Shown here: positions 28,733 through 41,469 of the stretch, one piece after another | How positions within the stretch are numbered: the first letter of the stretch is position 1 | How the letters are laid out: each line of letters begins with the position of its first letter | Source of the DNA: Macrostomum lignano | Taxonomy: Eukaryota | Reading direction: 5' to 3' | Length of the DNA: 64,000 nt | NCBI GenBank assembly: GCA_002269645.1 | Contig: NIVC01000215.1 | Span: 310,001 to 374,000 of the forward strand | Notes under the pieces: model-generated | Database searches by the model: none | Told to the model about the DNA's origin: nothing | What the model saw: only the letters and a program-made list of their open reading frames with translations | Program-made: the position numbers and the translations under genes

Positions 28733-30203
28733 ATGTCGCAGCTGAATGGTGCTGACATAATTGACGCGGTTTATCTTGGCTGGCTGCCGATCGACACCGA
28801 AGCTCCAGCTCTGGCGGCACTCGACGAGCTGCTCAATCAACGATTGGCGATCAACCGATCAGCTGCTGGAAGACTTCGCACGCACCGACTGCAGATTGCG
28901 ACCGGCATAGAAGGCAGCGGCGGCTGTCTGCGAATGTCCGAGTTCAGCAACTCTGACCCTAATGGCATGCAGCAACGCCAAGTTTTGGTTCCGTTTGTCG
29001 ATATCGACTGGGTTGGGATTCATCCGAGAGATTCCATGACGTTCGGGATTGTGCTTAACGGTGAGGACAGGAGCTGACTGCTGTTCTGTGCTGGTTTTAG
29101 ATTGTCCTGAGTTTGACAGCTCTGACTTCTCGAGATTTAAGATCCATGTCAATGTCCTTACCTCAAGGTCATTTGGCAAGTGTGATCTCTCTATCCTCAA
29201 GGCCATTCAAAAATGGCAATTTCCATAACCCACAAGGTCATTCGGATAATGCCGTCTCTCTATCCTCAAGGCCATTCAAAAATCGCAGTTTCAATAACCT
29301 CAAGGTCATTTGGACAGTGGTCTCTCTGGGTGGGTTTCACAAACGCGAAATTTCACAACCGCTAAATTTTTTGCAGTCACTTTCACAAACGCTAAACTTC
29401 ACAACCGCGAAACTTCACAACCACTAAAACTTTTGTACTTACTTTCATATACGGCAGTCTTTTTAGCGGTTGTGAAGTTTCGCGTTTGTGAAAGCAACCC
29501 GTCTCTCTATCCTCAAGGCCATTCGAAAAGGGCAATTTCCATAACCCCAAGGTCATTTGGACAGTGTGATGCACTGTGATCTCTCTATCTTCAAGGCCAT
29601 TCGAAAATCGCAATTTCCATAACCCCAAGGTCATTTGGACAAAGTGGTCTCTCTATCTTCAAGGCCATTCGAAAATCGCAATTTCCATAACCCCAAGGTC
29701 ATTTGGACAAAGTGGTCTCTCTATCTTCAAGGCCATTCGAAAATCGCAATTTCCATAATCCCAAGGTCATTTGGACAGTGTGATCTCTCTATCTTCAAGG
29801 CCATTCGAAAATGGCAACTTCCAAATCCCACAAATTCGATAGTGTGGTCTCTCTTCTCTCATGGCCATTCAAAAATGGCAATTTCCATAACCCACAAGGT
29901 CATTTGGACAGCGTGGTCTCTCTATCCTCAAGGCCATTCACAGTTTCAATAATCACAAGGTCATTGTTGAGTGGTAATTCGTCAACAGACCAGGACTTGG
30001 TTTTGGTAAAATGACTGTTTTGACTTGTTTAAATCGGACCAATAGCTTTTCCAAATTCAAATTTAACCAACCCAGGCTACAACGAAGACTCCAACAGTTT
30101 TATGCACGTGCACGCCTGGCAGAGCCTCACTGGAGGTGCCGGAAACTTTGCTGCCAATTTAGCAGCAGCAGCCGACGCAGTCGAGGCGCAGCAGACACAG
30201 CAG

Positions 30204-30238
<35 letters not shown>

Positions 30239-31538
30239 GCAGCAGCAAAAGCCGCAACCGAATTTCAAGCAAAAGCCGAGTCACAGTCAGCAGCGGCAGT
30301 CAATACCAGTTCAGGATAAATTCTGTCGGCACAAGCACGCAGCTGAGAATGGTGGCGCAACAATTGAGAGCAGCCAGCACTCGGATAGGTGAGTCTTTGG
30401 CAACTCCGAATCCAACTCACGTTCTTTCGTGAGCCTGTCTCAACCGCTAAGCTATAGGACCTAGGCAATAAACAATCAATGAAAGGCTTGCTAATTGAGT
30501 TTTCAAGAACAACCAATAAACCAGTAAACAAACAACCAACAAACCAGTAGATAAACAACTAATAAACCAGTAGATAAACAACCAACAAACCAGTAGATAA
30601 ACAACTAATAAACCTGTCGATAAACAACCAACAAACCAGTAAATAAACAACTAATAAACCAGTAGATAAACAACCAACAAACCAGTAAATAAACAACTAA
30701 TAAACCAGTAGATAAACAACCAACAAACCAGTAAATAAACAACTAATAAACCAGTAGATAAACAACCAACAAACTAGTAAATAAACAACTAATAAACCAG
30801 TAGATAAACAACCAATAAACCAGTAAATAAACAACTAATAAACCAGTAGATAGACAACCAACAAACCAATAAATAAACAACCAATAAACCATGTAAATAA
30901 ACAACCAACAAACTAGTAAATAAACAACTAATAAACCAGTAGATAAACAACCAACCAACCAGTAAGTAAAAAACCAATAAACCAGTAAACAAACAACCAA
31001 AGAGCTAAACGAGCAAGTAACCTAGAAAACAAACAAACTAATTAAACTAAAATGTACTTAAATAACACACGTCCTAGAAAACAAAACATTTTTTTACCCC
31101 AGCAGCACCCAGCCGGCGCCAAACCTGGGCTCCCTGGCGCACTCTCTTGCCCACGAACTGCAAAACCGTTTGGATGCTGGCGGCGGCGGTGGAGCGCCAT
31201 TGCTGCATCCGCCCAGAGACTACGACACCCTGCGCCGGAGCCACGGCAACCCCCGGCACTGGCGCGCCGATCTGTCCAACCTATCCAGAAGTAGCCAGGC
31301 GCCAAATGGTGCCTACATTCGGCGCCAATCCGTGGTCCGACTGTCGGAATCGGCGCCAACAAAAGCCGACCAAGAAGAGCCGGCGCCAGATTACGACTAC
31401 GACGAGAATGACGACGAGGACTACCGACATCTTGACTACGCCGAGTCGGAATTTGAGCGACAGAAGCGTCACAGTGACGGCGGCGGCAGTGGATCAACCA
31501 GAGCGACGACTGGCGATGTCTGGGCTTGGCGGAGCTGA
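28733..31538 (+). CDS. PTB/PID-like domain adaptor protein with polyQ; exons 28733-29060, 30076-30388, 31103-31538; about 358 aa
   Basis: AVYLGWLPI...VLVPFVDIDWVGIHPRDSMTFGIVLN|GYNEDSNSFMHVHAWQS...NFAANLAAAADAV follows the PTB pattern (YLG strand, FG strand, HVF-like strand, C-terminal helix). Phase-1 and phase-2 GT-AG junctions are consistent. Domain call is by eye; upstream exons are possible. Confidence 0.7.
29150..29960. repeat. 68-bp tandem repeat in PTB-gene intron 1
   Basis: CTCTCTATCTTCAAGGCCATTCGAAAATCGCAATTTCCATAACCCCAAGGTCATTTGGACAAAGTGGT; units at 29581, 29649, 29717. Confidence 0.9.
29328..29500. mobile_element. 173-bp MITE with about 39-bp TIRs and 8-bp TSD (GTCTCTCT)
   Basis: Left GGGTGGGTTTCACAAACGCGAAATTTCACAACCGCTAAA; right TTTAGCGGTTGTGAAGTTTCGCGTTTGTGAAAGCAACCC. 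GTCTCTCT at 29320-29327 and 29501-29508. Confidence 0.88.
30510..31000. repeat. 23-bp tandem repeat (CCAGTAGATAAACAACCAACAAA-type), intronic
   Basis: Directly visible. Confidence 0.93.
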
Positions 31539-31660
31539 CTCTGATTCTAGGAAGTGATCAGAAATTGTGATTGTTTGCATGATTTCCGGAGCAGGATAAA
31601 ATTAGAAACATGTCAGGGACCAGACTTTTAAAACTTTTTTAGATAATTGGTTTATATATA

Positions 31661-31928
31661 CATGCAAAAATGCGCAACACCCAACCGAGCCGGCCGGCTT
31701 GAGAGGTGCGCCCAGCCAAGGTAAGCCGCAAAAATGCTCACCCAAAATACAGACGTAGTACTAATTAGATGCCGAGGCACTTGGCCTAATTGATACAGCT
31801 ACAGTTACTCCTGCAGTCTACCCAAAATTATGTTTAATTTTTGTTTAGGTTTCTTTAATAGGCGAGTCGCATTTTAAAAACTTAAGACGCACGGCCGGTG
31901 TAATTCGGGGGAGGGGGGTTGCGCATGT
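31661..31928. mobile_element. MITE-like dispersed repeat, copy 1 (CATG termini flanked by TA)
   Basis: TA|CATGCAAAAATGCGCAACAC...GGTTGCGCATG|TA; internal sequence clearly homologous to 37448-37678. Confidence 0.65.
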
Positions 31929-32289
31929 ATGATACATGTAATAATTACCTAAATTAGTCTTTTATCTTAAGGGCTTACTTTTAAAATGACCTACATTCTC
32001 TTATTGTTAACCTGATTCTTTGTTTCTCAGGGACTCTTAGGGGTAACAGCTGCGATTGTGTCTGTTCTCCATTCCAGATTTTCCATCGCTATATAGAAGT
32101 TTTGCGATATCATTATTAAGGAAGCTACAATATTGAATTTGGATAAAACTGTCAATTATATTATTAAACTATCACATAACATATTTGGTTGCTGCTGAAG
32201 TGTAAATACTTTTTTAAGTAGCAACAACCATTATTTTGTTCAGTATTTGTCTTTGTAAATATCCAACAGAAATTGACTTGAGATAAGCG

Positions 32290-33110
32290 GGGGAAGAGAG
32301 GGAGAGTGGGGACAGAAGGGTTAGAGAGAAAGGAGAGGGGAGAGAGAGGAGGGAGATGGGGGAGGGGAAAGAAGGGAGAGATGAGAGGGGAAAGAAGGGA
32401 GAGAGGAGAGGGGAAAGAAGGGAGAGAGGAGAGGGGAGAGAAGGGAGAGAGGAGAGGGGAAAGAAGGGAGAGATGAGAGGGGAAAGAAGGGAGAGAGGAG
32501 AGGGGAAAGAAGGGAGAGAGGAGAGGGGAAAGAAGGGAGAGAGGAGAGGGGAGAGAAGGCAGAGAGGAGAGGGGAAAGAAGGGAGAGATGAGAGGGGAAA
32601 GAAGGGAGAGAGGAGAGGGGAAAGAAGGGAGAGAGGAGAGGGGAAAGAAGGGAGAGATGAGAGGGGAAAGAAGGGAGAGATGAGAGGGGAAAGAAGGCAG
32701 AGAGGAGAGGGGAAAGAAGGCAGAGAGGAGAGGGGAAAGAAGGGAGAGAGGAGAGGGGAAAGAAGGCAGAGAGGAGAGGGGAAAGAAGGGAGAGAGGAGA
32801 GGGGAAAGAAGGGAGAGAGGAGAGGGGAAAGAAGGGAGAGAGGAGAGGGGAAAGAAGGGAGAGAGGAGAGGGGAAAGAAGGGAGAGAGGAGAGGGGAAAG
32901 AAGGGAGAGAGGAGAGGGGAAAGAAGGGAGAGATGAGAGGGGAAAGAAGGCAGAGAGGAGAGGGGAAAGAAGGGAGAGAGGAGAGGGGAAAGAAGGGAGA
33001 GAGGAGAGGGGAGAGAAGGGAGAGAGGAGAGGGGAGAGAAGGGAGAGGGGAGAAGAGAGGAGGGGAGAGAAGGGAGAGGGGAGAAGAGAGGAGGGGAGAG
33101 AAGGGAAAGA
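32290..33110. repeat. 21-bp polypurine repeat (GAGGAGAGGGGAAAGAAGGGA)
   Basis: Directly visible. Confidence 0.95.
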
Positions 33111-33779
33111 GTAGATGGTAGATGCGAGAGAGAGACAAAACGTGAATATTTCCAGCGATCCGATTAAAAAAACAATTTAAACTACAGCTAACCATAGCAA
33201 TTTTGCATGGTTACTGTTGAAATGAATCAATAAAGTAGGTTTTAAAAAAATCACAGACGGCTAGAGTTATTTACGAGTATTTGTTTATCTTAATTCCTGA
33301 AATTAGAAAAATAATAACCCTTATTTATTGATGTCCGATTCACAATAAAAATAGCGCAGTCAATCCGATTATAATTAATGTTAAAGAATTAACTTAAATA
33401 ATTACAATTAATTACTGATTAATGCTTTCAGTGTAAATTATTACAGAATAAATAGAATTCTTCAAAACGACAAATTATTAAGGAAACAGATAAATTCAAC
33501 TCTATTAGACAAAAAATGAAAATTCATTTAATAGATTTTCGGATGAAAAAATGCGAATTTAGTACTCAAACTTTCTCGCGCAGTAGTATTTCTGCACATT
33601 CAATAGAAGTACGAAGAAAAACTTTAATACATTTCTTACGCGATCACTAATTACGGAATAACCAAATTACACAACACCAACAATTACGAGCGTACATTTC
33701 AGCGACCGATTTGACTGGCCGATGTAAATAAAGCAACACTTTACTGTAAGTAATATGCAGTAGAGTAAATAAGTAGTTA

Positions 33780-34960
33780 TTTTAACAGAGAGATTTGAGG
33801 GCGATTATTTTAATAGAGAGATTTGAGGGCGATTATTTCAACAGAGAGATTTGAGGGCGATTATTTCAACAGAGAGATTTGAGGGCGATTATTTCAACAG
33901 AGAGATTTGAGGGCGATTATTTTAACAGAGAGATTTGAGGGCGATTATTTTAATAGAGAGATTTGAGGGCGATTATTTCAACAGAGAGATTTGAGGGCGA
34001 TTATTTCAACAGAGAGATTTGAGGGCGATTATTTTAATAGAGAGATTTAAGGGCGATTATTTTAACAGAGAGATTTGAGGGCGATTATTTCAACAGAGAG
34101 ATTCGAGGGCGATTATTTCAATAAAGAGATTTTTTGAGGGCGATTATTTCAACAGAGGTTTGAGGGCGATTATTTTAACAGAGAGATTGAGGGCGATTAT
34201 TTCAATAAAGAGATTTTTTGAGGGCGATTATTTCAACAGAGGTTTGAGGGCGATTATTTTAACAGAGAGATTGAGGGCGATTATTTCAACAGAGAGATTT
34301 GAGGGCGATTATTTCAACAGAGAGATTTGAGGGCGATTATTTCAACAGAGAGATTTGAGGGCGATTATTTCAACAGAGATGATTTGAGGGCGATTATTTC
34401 AACAGAGATGATTTGAGGGCGATCATTTCAACAGAGAGATTTGAGGGCGATTATTTTAACAGAGAGATTTGAGGGCGATTATTTTAACAGAGAGATTTGA
34501 GGGCGATTATTTCAACAGAGAGATTTGAGGGCGATTATTTCAACAGAGATGATTTGAGGGCGATTATTTCAACAGAGAGATTTGAGGGCGATTATTTCAA
34601 TAAAGAGATTTTTTGAGGGCGATTATTTCAACAGAGAGATTTGAGGGCGATTATTTCAACAGAGAGATTTGAGGGCGATTATTTCAACAGAGATTTGAGG
34701 GCGATTATTTCAACAGAGATGATTTGAGGGCGATTATTTCAACAGAGAGATTTGAGGGCGATTATTTCAATAAAGAGATTTTTTGAGGGCGATTATTTCA
34801 ACAGAGAGATTTGAGGGCGATTATTTCAATAAAGAGATTTTTTGAGGGCGATTATTTCAACAGAGAGATTTGAGGGCGATTATTTCAACAGAGAGATTTG
34901 AGGGCGATTATTTCAACAGAGAGATTTGAGGGCGATTAATTTAACAGATATTTGAGGGTA
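33780..34960. repeat. 28-bp tandem repeat (ACAGAGAGATTTGAGGGCGATTATTTCA)
   Basis: Directly visible, about 40 copies. Confidence 0.96.
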
Positions 34961-35165
34961 GCCATCAAACCTTATACGTCAGCTGGTTGAGGATTTTAAT
35001 TAAATTAGGGTGATTATTTCAGAAAGACAATTGAAATACTACTACTGTAATAAGAAATAATCAGTAGTAAGTTTGCATGGAAGTAGCAGAGAGAAGTTTA
35101 GTTGACTTTATTAGTTGAAAGCTCTCCAAGTTGAATTAGACAAGCCAGTTAAATTGTTGATTGAG

Positions 35166-38100
35166 TCAGGAGGAGGCGGCGCAGCCGCTGTGGTTCTCCT
35201 TATTGCCCAGACCCAGCTGCTCCGCCGAGGTATCCGAAGCTCCTCCCGCCGCCGCCGACGCACCCGACGAAGTCGACAAGTTGCTGAAGGTCAGTCGAAG
35301 AGCGCCGGACGCTGTCACAGTCGGATTAGCGGCGCCGCTGGCTACAGGCAAATCTTCAGTTGGTTCGCCACGACGGCGCCAGATGGCGGAGCGCCAGGCG
35401 ACTTGAAGGAGACGGTCGCCACCATCTGGTGCAGACCACTCGGCCGGGTGGCGGTCAGACAGGTGGTCCTGCACGGGGCAATTAGACTAACTACAACTGC
35501 TTTTTTAAACAACTCTATTGTGGCGCTAAACTTGGAGATGAATGTGGCGCAAAACTTAGAGGTGTGGCGCCAAACTTAGGGATGAATGTGGCGCCAAACT
35601 TAGAGATGAATGTGGCGCCAAACTTAGAGGTGTGGCGCCAAACTTAGAGATGAATGTGACGCAAAACTTAGAGGTGTGGCGCCAAACTTAGAGATGAATG
35701 TGGCGCCAAACTTAGAGGTGTGGCGCCAAACTTAGAAATAAATGTGTCGCCAAATTTAGAGATGAATGTGGCACCAAACTTGGAAATGTATTTGGCACCA
35801 AATTTGAAAATAAGTGTGGCGCCAAACCTGGGAGATGAATGTGGCGCCAAACCTGGGAGATGAATGTTGCGCCAAACTTGGAGATGAATGTGGCGCCAAA
35901 CCTGAGAGATGAATGTGGCGCCAAACCTGGGAGATGAATGTGGCGCCAAACTTAGAAAATAAAAGTGGCGCCAAACCTGGGAGATGAATGTGGCACCAAA
36001 CCTGGGAGATGAATGTGGCGCCAAACCTGGGAGATGAATGTGGCGCCAAACCTGGGAGATGAATGTGGCGCCAAACTTGAAGATGAATGTGGCGCCAAAA
36101 CTGGGAGATGAGTTTGGCGACACTTCTCCCTGTTTTGTCGCGAGAGCTTGGAGAATGTGGCGCCAAAGCCTGGAACAAAATTAGACACAAGAACGCACCT
36201 GCAGTTTGAGCGCAGACCTGGCCCAGCACCGCACGGGGCAGTACAGGCACGGCAGGTGGATGGCCACATCTGGGTGCTCGTCTTGAGCGTGCAGACTCGC
36301 TCCGCCTATGGTGATGAAGCTCGCCGCGCAGACTGGGCATTTGTGACCGCCCGGAGTTGGTCCCGTTGCTAATAGCAACGAGGAATGGGTGGCGGACAAG
36401 TGCTGCGGCTGTTCCCGGTCTCCGTGACTGCTGCCATTGCCAGCAACCGATGTAGAGGCTGCTGGGTCTCGTTTGCCTAGGAGTATCAACGAATGTTTGA
36501 AAGGATAAACTATGTCAGATTTCATTCTGGGAAAATGTCAGAAATGCTTTTTCGAAAATAGCAAAAGCGTTTCTAAGAAAATGCCAAAAAAGATTTTTCG
36601 AAAATAGCAAAAGCATTACGAGGAAAATGACGGAAATGATTTCTTGAAAATAGCAGGAGTGTTTCTAAGAAAATGTCAGAAATTATTTCTTGAAAATAGC
36701 AGGAGTGTTTCTAAGAAAATGTCAGAAATTATTTCTTGAAAATAGCAGGAGTATTTCTAAGAAAATGTCGGAAATAATTTCTTTGAAAATAGCAGAAGTG
36801 TTTCTAAGAAAATGTCAGAAATGATGTTTCGAAAATAGCAGGAATGTTTCTAAGAAAATGACAGAAATTATTTCTTGAAAATAGCAGGAGTGTTTCTAAG
36901 AAAATGTCAGAAATGATTTTTTGAAAATAGCAGGAGTGTTTCTAAGAAAATGTCAGAAATGATTTCTTGAAAATAGCACGTGTTTCTAAGAAATTTGATG
37001 ATCAAACAGCGATTCTCTAAGAGTGCAGTTCAAGTTGTCTTTACTAACCGACACTGTGCGCCAGGCGCCGTCCAGAGCGCGAGCGTTTCGAGCCGCCAAA
37101 GAAGGCCGATCTGGCATGCCGGCGCGGTGGCATTTTGCAGCGCTTTTTAGCCTGAGAGCAGCTCGAATCGCTAATGTTGTTATTATTATTGTTGTTATTG
37201 TTATTGTGGTGATTGACGTTACTTCCGGCGGAAGTCGGATCCGACAGTCTCACCCGATGATGCACACGTTCTCGCTCTCGCTGCTCAGCCAGTTCCATCT
37301 GTGAAATTTTGATTTGTTTTAATTCAAAGAAAAAATTTTTATAGTTGGCTTTAGTCGGTCATGTCTCTAAGCCTTGGTACTAAATCATTTGTCTTAAATT
37401 TTACATTTTGCTACATCCTGCACTTTAGTCCTAATACTCGTAATCATACATGCGCAACACACGGCCGAGCCGGCCGGCGAGAGGGCCCCAGCCTAGGTAA
37501 GTCGCAAAAATGCCAACCCAAACCCAAAAGTACTAATGAGATGACGAGGCATTTTGTCTTAATAATACAGTCATAGTTACTCCTGTCGTTTACCTAAAAT
37601 TTCGTAAGTGTTTTTTACAGGTAATTCGCATTTTAGGTCCAAAAACCGCACGGCCAGTGTAAATCAGGTGTTGCATGTATATTCGTAATATTAAATATAG
37701 TTTCACAGCCAGCCAGTGCTTGTTGAGTCGTTGACCACATAGTTCGTTCATTGTTTTTATCGGTTACTGTTTTTTCTAATATTATTTTTCAAAGCATTTT
37801 TGCTGACGAGTACTCAGCCGGGTTTTTTGGAAGGACATATACCCAATTATTGATTATCTATCAACTATGAGTATTGAGCAGCCAGTGCTAGTAGTGACAT
37901 CCAGCTACTCTTTAGTTTTGTCGGTCAATAACGAATCGACCTTCAGCTTAGTCGTTTTGGTCCCAGATTTATCGCTTGCTGTTTTTTTTTCTTTGCGACT
38001 CAGCGTCAAAAAACGCGCACTTGTGAAAGAAAGCGGCGACACAAGCAACTGTGCTCACTTTCAACAACAAATCGTTAGGAATTCTAGCGGTCTCAGGCGT

Positions 38101-39095
38101 TACACCGTGCCGCATTCGCAGATGCACCAAACAATCCGTGCTGGTTGGAAACACCAGTCTACAAGCTGGACAATGGCGAGCGGCTTTGGTGCTGCGCTGA
38201 GACGAATGCAACCATTCAAGATGAGTCTCCAGATGAAGCAGGCTCGGCAGCTGCAGAGAGCACAGACAGCAGACTAGACGCTTCACATCGCAGTCAGTTC
38301 GTTTACCCAGCCTCCTATAGGCTTCATCGTCAAATTCTGGAGCAGCGGAAGCGCTGTCGGAATTTTCTGCTGCATTGTTATCTTCATCGGTGGCGGCTGA
38401 TGGGAGACAGGCCTTCCTTCTGGTCTCCATGCGGACGTAACCGACTGGATCCCGGGGTTGAACAACAACTATGGGAGATGACGGCGGCTCCTGGACCTGA
38501 TGCTGCTGGTGGTGCGGCGGCGGGGCTGAAGACGGCCGAGCAACTTCCTCCGTTAGCGCTGCTGGCAGCTTTAAATGCAACGTTATCGGTGCTTCCTTCG
38601 ATCCCGACTGTTTTATCTGCTTGTCGTCTCGGCTTAACGTCTCTTGATGCTTTTGCATCAGCTGCTGCTGCATTCCCAGACTGTCCTTGAAGTCTTTGCC
38701 ACTCTCGTTGCAGAGTCTGCTGCAAAAGTCTACAAAGCCTCTGCAGGTTCTTTGTTGAGTTGTTGAAGTCTCAGACTGAGTTGCCATTGACTGCTGCTGT
38801 TGTTGTTGCTGAGGTTGCTGGTGACAAAACTGACGCCTGTGACAGATGAAGTTTGGCAAGCCCCGGAACAGACTTCGGCAGTCCTGGAATAATCAGAAAC
38901 AGGTTAAAATAAAAAACCTAAAAATATACATATTGCAGCACAATTGATACTTACACTGCACTCCAGAATAATATTGCAACCACTAGATAAGTACTTCTGG
39001 ATTTCTTCAGTGCCATCAATTAGTGCTGAAATCACCTGTTGTAGTAGTGGCTTCTCTGCATTCATTGGAGGCAATATTTGGGATGTGTCTTCCAT
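35166..39095 (-). CDS. ZNF800: ZNF800-like C2H2 zinc-finger protein; exons 39095-38955, 38883-38059, 37298-37049, 36476-36199, 35468-35166; about 598 aa
   Basis: Spliced N-terminus [52 protein letters not shown] matches the ZNF800 signature ([26 protein letters not shown], from memory). Further fingers: CCLC...HLEWLH, CPAC...HLRMRH, CPVC...HAQDEH. Intron phases 0, 0, 1, 0 are consistent. Confidence 0.85.
35525..36175. repeat. About 25-bp repeat (GATGAATGTGGCGCCAAACCTGGGA), last intron of the ZNF800-like gene
   Basis: Directly visible. Confidence 0.93.
36525..36995. repeat. 46-bp tandem repeat, intronic
   Basis: GTTTCTAAGAAAATGTCAGAAATTATTTCTTGAAAATAGCAGGAGT; units at 36661, 36707. Confidence 0.9.
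37448..37678. mobile_element. MITE-like dispersed repeat, copy 2, in a ZNF800-like intron
   Basis: TA|CATGCGCAACAC...GTGTTGCATG|TA. Shares CCGAGC...AGGTAAG(T/C)CGCAAAAATGC...AGTACTAAT...AGTTACTCCTG...CGCATTTT...CGCACGGCC(A/G)GTGTAA with copy 1. Confidence 0.7.
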
Positions 39096-41469
39096 TTCAA
39101 GACTGAAAATTATAGAATTTGATTGAAGAACTCTCTTGGTTATAATAGTTAAATATTAAAGAAAATATTTTAATACTTTTAAACTAGCTCAATACTACTA
39201 GCTGAGTATAAACCCTGAGAAAATTTTAATAAATTTAGCAAGTCATGCTATTTATTTTAATATATTATAAATTTTACAATAGGATTACAATACATATAGT
39301 AGACTTGGTAAAAAACAATGAAGCTTATGTCTATAAAATACTTCTCTAAATTATAAATTGTAAATTATATTTTTAAAACAAAAAACAAACTCTATTAGTT
39401 GTTTGTTCTTAATAGGCCTAACCTAATACAAAGCTATTTTAAATTATATAAAATAAATAATAATCAAATTTTAAATATAAAAATTTTAACCCAAATTTGA
39501 AATAAAATTTCTATTTAGAATTTTAAGTTGATTAAAATATATATGATTAGAGGAAGCATATTAAACTTGATAAGCATAGTTAGGCTTATAATAAGGCTTA
39601 GGGTTAGGCTTATTTTAATTTAAAACAAAGGCATAGGCCATAGGTCAGTTAAAATTAATTATTAGCTAATTAATATATCAATATCAAAGTTGCATTTGAA
39701 ATAGGCCCTAGTATATAAATATTAAAGCTTGAAGTTTAAATATATTTAAATCTATGACTAAATACTATGCCTATGGAATAGTATAAAAACTTAGCTTATT
39801 TATTTTATATTTATAATTTAAACTAACTATATAATATAGATAAATAATTTATTTTCTATGAATTTTGATAAAAGTTAAGAGTTAAACCCATAATTACTAT
39901 TGTGCACCTAGATTTTAAAGGCAAAGAAAGGCCTTGTACTCATTTAATTTTGCAGCCTCCCCTGCCTAAGTCTAGAATTTGTCAACTAAAACAAAAAGAT
40001 ACAATTTGCACTTGCAAGCAGTGCCAGTTATCTTAATTATCAACAGTAAAAAGTTGTAACCTGTGCTCCATTTTTACTAAGAAAGTAAAAATTTTGATTA
40101 TTGTTGTTGTTGTATTTGACATTATGTCATAGGATTATTAAGCACGAACATTATAAAAATGGCTACCAAAGATTAGGCCATGCAGCTATACATAATGATA
40201 TGTCACACATGCATAGGCTGATTATTATATAACGCAAGTATAACTAATTATTAGTAGGCCTAATCCTAGCAACATTAGTACGCCAAATAAGTAATTTATT
40301 TACGTGCTGTTAAAAAGCATTTAAAGTTAGCCACTATATTCTACACATATTCGTAGAAAACTCACAATACAAGATAGATATTGATTTATGATGATTACGT
40401 CGTACACTTCGCCGATTTAGCTATTCAACTAATAGAAAAAGTAGCTCGTTTCACTCCAATAGAATGTTTTCTTGATGCATAACTACCTAATTTATACTTA
40501 TGAAGCAACAGACAAACAGTTAATTCCTATTGAAGCTCTTGCCGGTAACAGATTTGTTTTTTGAGCTGTATGCGCAAATACTAGCGGCAGCGTTTCAAAA
40601 ATCTAGTCAAGACGTGGATCAATATAAACTTATACATTACCCAAACGAAGTTCGTTCAAAAAGGAGCTCGAAAAAGAGCCCTAATTAAAAGACTGAAGGA
40701 GTAGGTTTTATAGATCAATAGCCACTAAAGTCTCACCACAAAGCCAGCAGCAGACCGTCCTAGTTGTTAAAAATTTGTGTAAAAAGCTAGCGTCGGCAAA
40801 AAAGCAAGGTCCCAAACTTGGTAGCTTATATATGAACCTTGGTAATTCATACCATCCAATCATAACAGATAAACATACTGTAATACTATTTATATTGTTA
40901 AGCATTTACGCATCTTAGAATTTTTCGAGAGTTCATGGCTTCGAGTTGAAATTTATTTATTAATTTACTTGAGCATGAGTTATTGAGTGGTGCATTTCTA
41001 TGCTTGATTTTCGTAGTTTAAAGTAAGTTCGTGGATCAGGTAGCCAAGGTACACTGTCGGAGAAGGATATAAGCTAGTACTCGTAGGGTTTGAGCACGGC
41101 TGGGTTGAACTAGCTGAACATCCAGGCAGGTGGGAAATTCTTAAGGATGGAAGATTTTTTAGATGGAAGACTCTTTAAAATAGGAGATTCTAGAATCCAG
41201 AATTCAAGAAAATTCTTTCATTTACTGAAAAATGAACAGATTCTTGAAAATGGGGATCGGCTCCAATTGTCCCGAACTTGTCGATGAGCGGATCGATTCT
41301 TAAAGATCGGGCTCACTCAAACAGGATAGATTGAGGGATTATTGAATCTTGAATTATTGATTTAATAATAATATTGAATTATTATTGAATTGAGTGCAGC
41401 CCTCCGAGCTACTGTACTGCTGCGCTAGTCCATACGGGGTAACGCTAGAGACCGAAAGGCTCATCTAAA

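Noticed and set aside
41030-41335. GC-richer segment with a small hairpin (TGAGCGGATC...GATCGGGCTCA) as an ncRNA
   Set aside because: No tRNA, snRNA or SL RNA motifs recognised; would need an Rfam/Infernal search.
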